Below, in pieces: positions 63,501-64,000 of a stretch of 64,000 bases of DNA (position 1 is the first letter of the stretch; each line of letters begins with the position of its first letter). The notes beneath the pieces were generated by a model, which had not been told where the DNA came from, ran no database searches, and saw nothing but the letters and a program-made list of their open reading frames with translations. The DNA comes from Octopus bimaculoides (taxonomy: Eukaryota). The stretch covers positions 24,392,957 to 24,456,956 of the forward strand of contig NC_069001.1 of assembly GCF_001194135.2 (NCBI RefSeq). Direction: 5' to 3'. A program made the position numbers and the translations under genes.

Positions 63501-64000
63501 TAGAATCAAAAAGAATCCGAGAAAATGCAGTTTGGAATGAAGTGATTAATTATTCTTTACTTCATAATAATTAATCACAACGTATGTTTATCAAATCCTA
63601 TATTAAAATAAAAATAAGCTATGCTGTTAAGGTAGGATCACTCGGTCTGGATTCAATAAACGATATCTGAATAATGCTCTTTGGTAGGTCAGCACTTACT
63701 CTTCCAATACTTACAAATGGCAGCTTATGGTTTGGTACAAAAAAAATCAACATCCATTGAAAAGGACAGAACAACTTGAACCAGTGTTCTTGATGTAAAC
63801 CCTTACTAGTTTTTCTTTACACATCTTTACATGTTCAGCCTTTTGGGCCTTTTTTGTTTATGCGTTTGCAAAAAAGTCACAATTGCTCAAGTAGTGTCAA
63901 TGTGATGCTATACTGAAAAAATACACGCTTGTTTGTACACAAACTGAAAATTTTATACATATATATATATAAAATTATATATATATATATATATATATAT

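Overview
AT-rich eukaryotic scaffold with many N gaps, mostly bordered by (TA)n. The tRNA-derived SINE families and the extreme microsatellite load point to an octopus (cephalopod) genome; this is pattern recognition, not a database match. No host gene can be confidently called, and almost all listed ORFs are microsatellite or N-gap artefacts. The window is mostly decayed transposons: several SINE families, RTE, R4/Dong, CR1 and CRE-like LINE fragments, a deleted mariner, and Tc1/mariner-, hAT- and piggyBac-type MITEs. The main result is four unrelated type I hammerhead ribozyme motifs (5394-5482 minus, 12426-12470 plus, 36226-36268 plus, 55542-55604 minus). Each has a complete catalytic core and a palindromic or near-palindromic helix III. 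One lies in a ~280-nt, extensively base-paired RNA; another lies in a terminally redundant unit with a 502-bp period. These are hallmarks of Penelope-like pseudo-LTRs or retrozymes. Folds were worked out by hand, and repeat boundaries are approximate.
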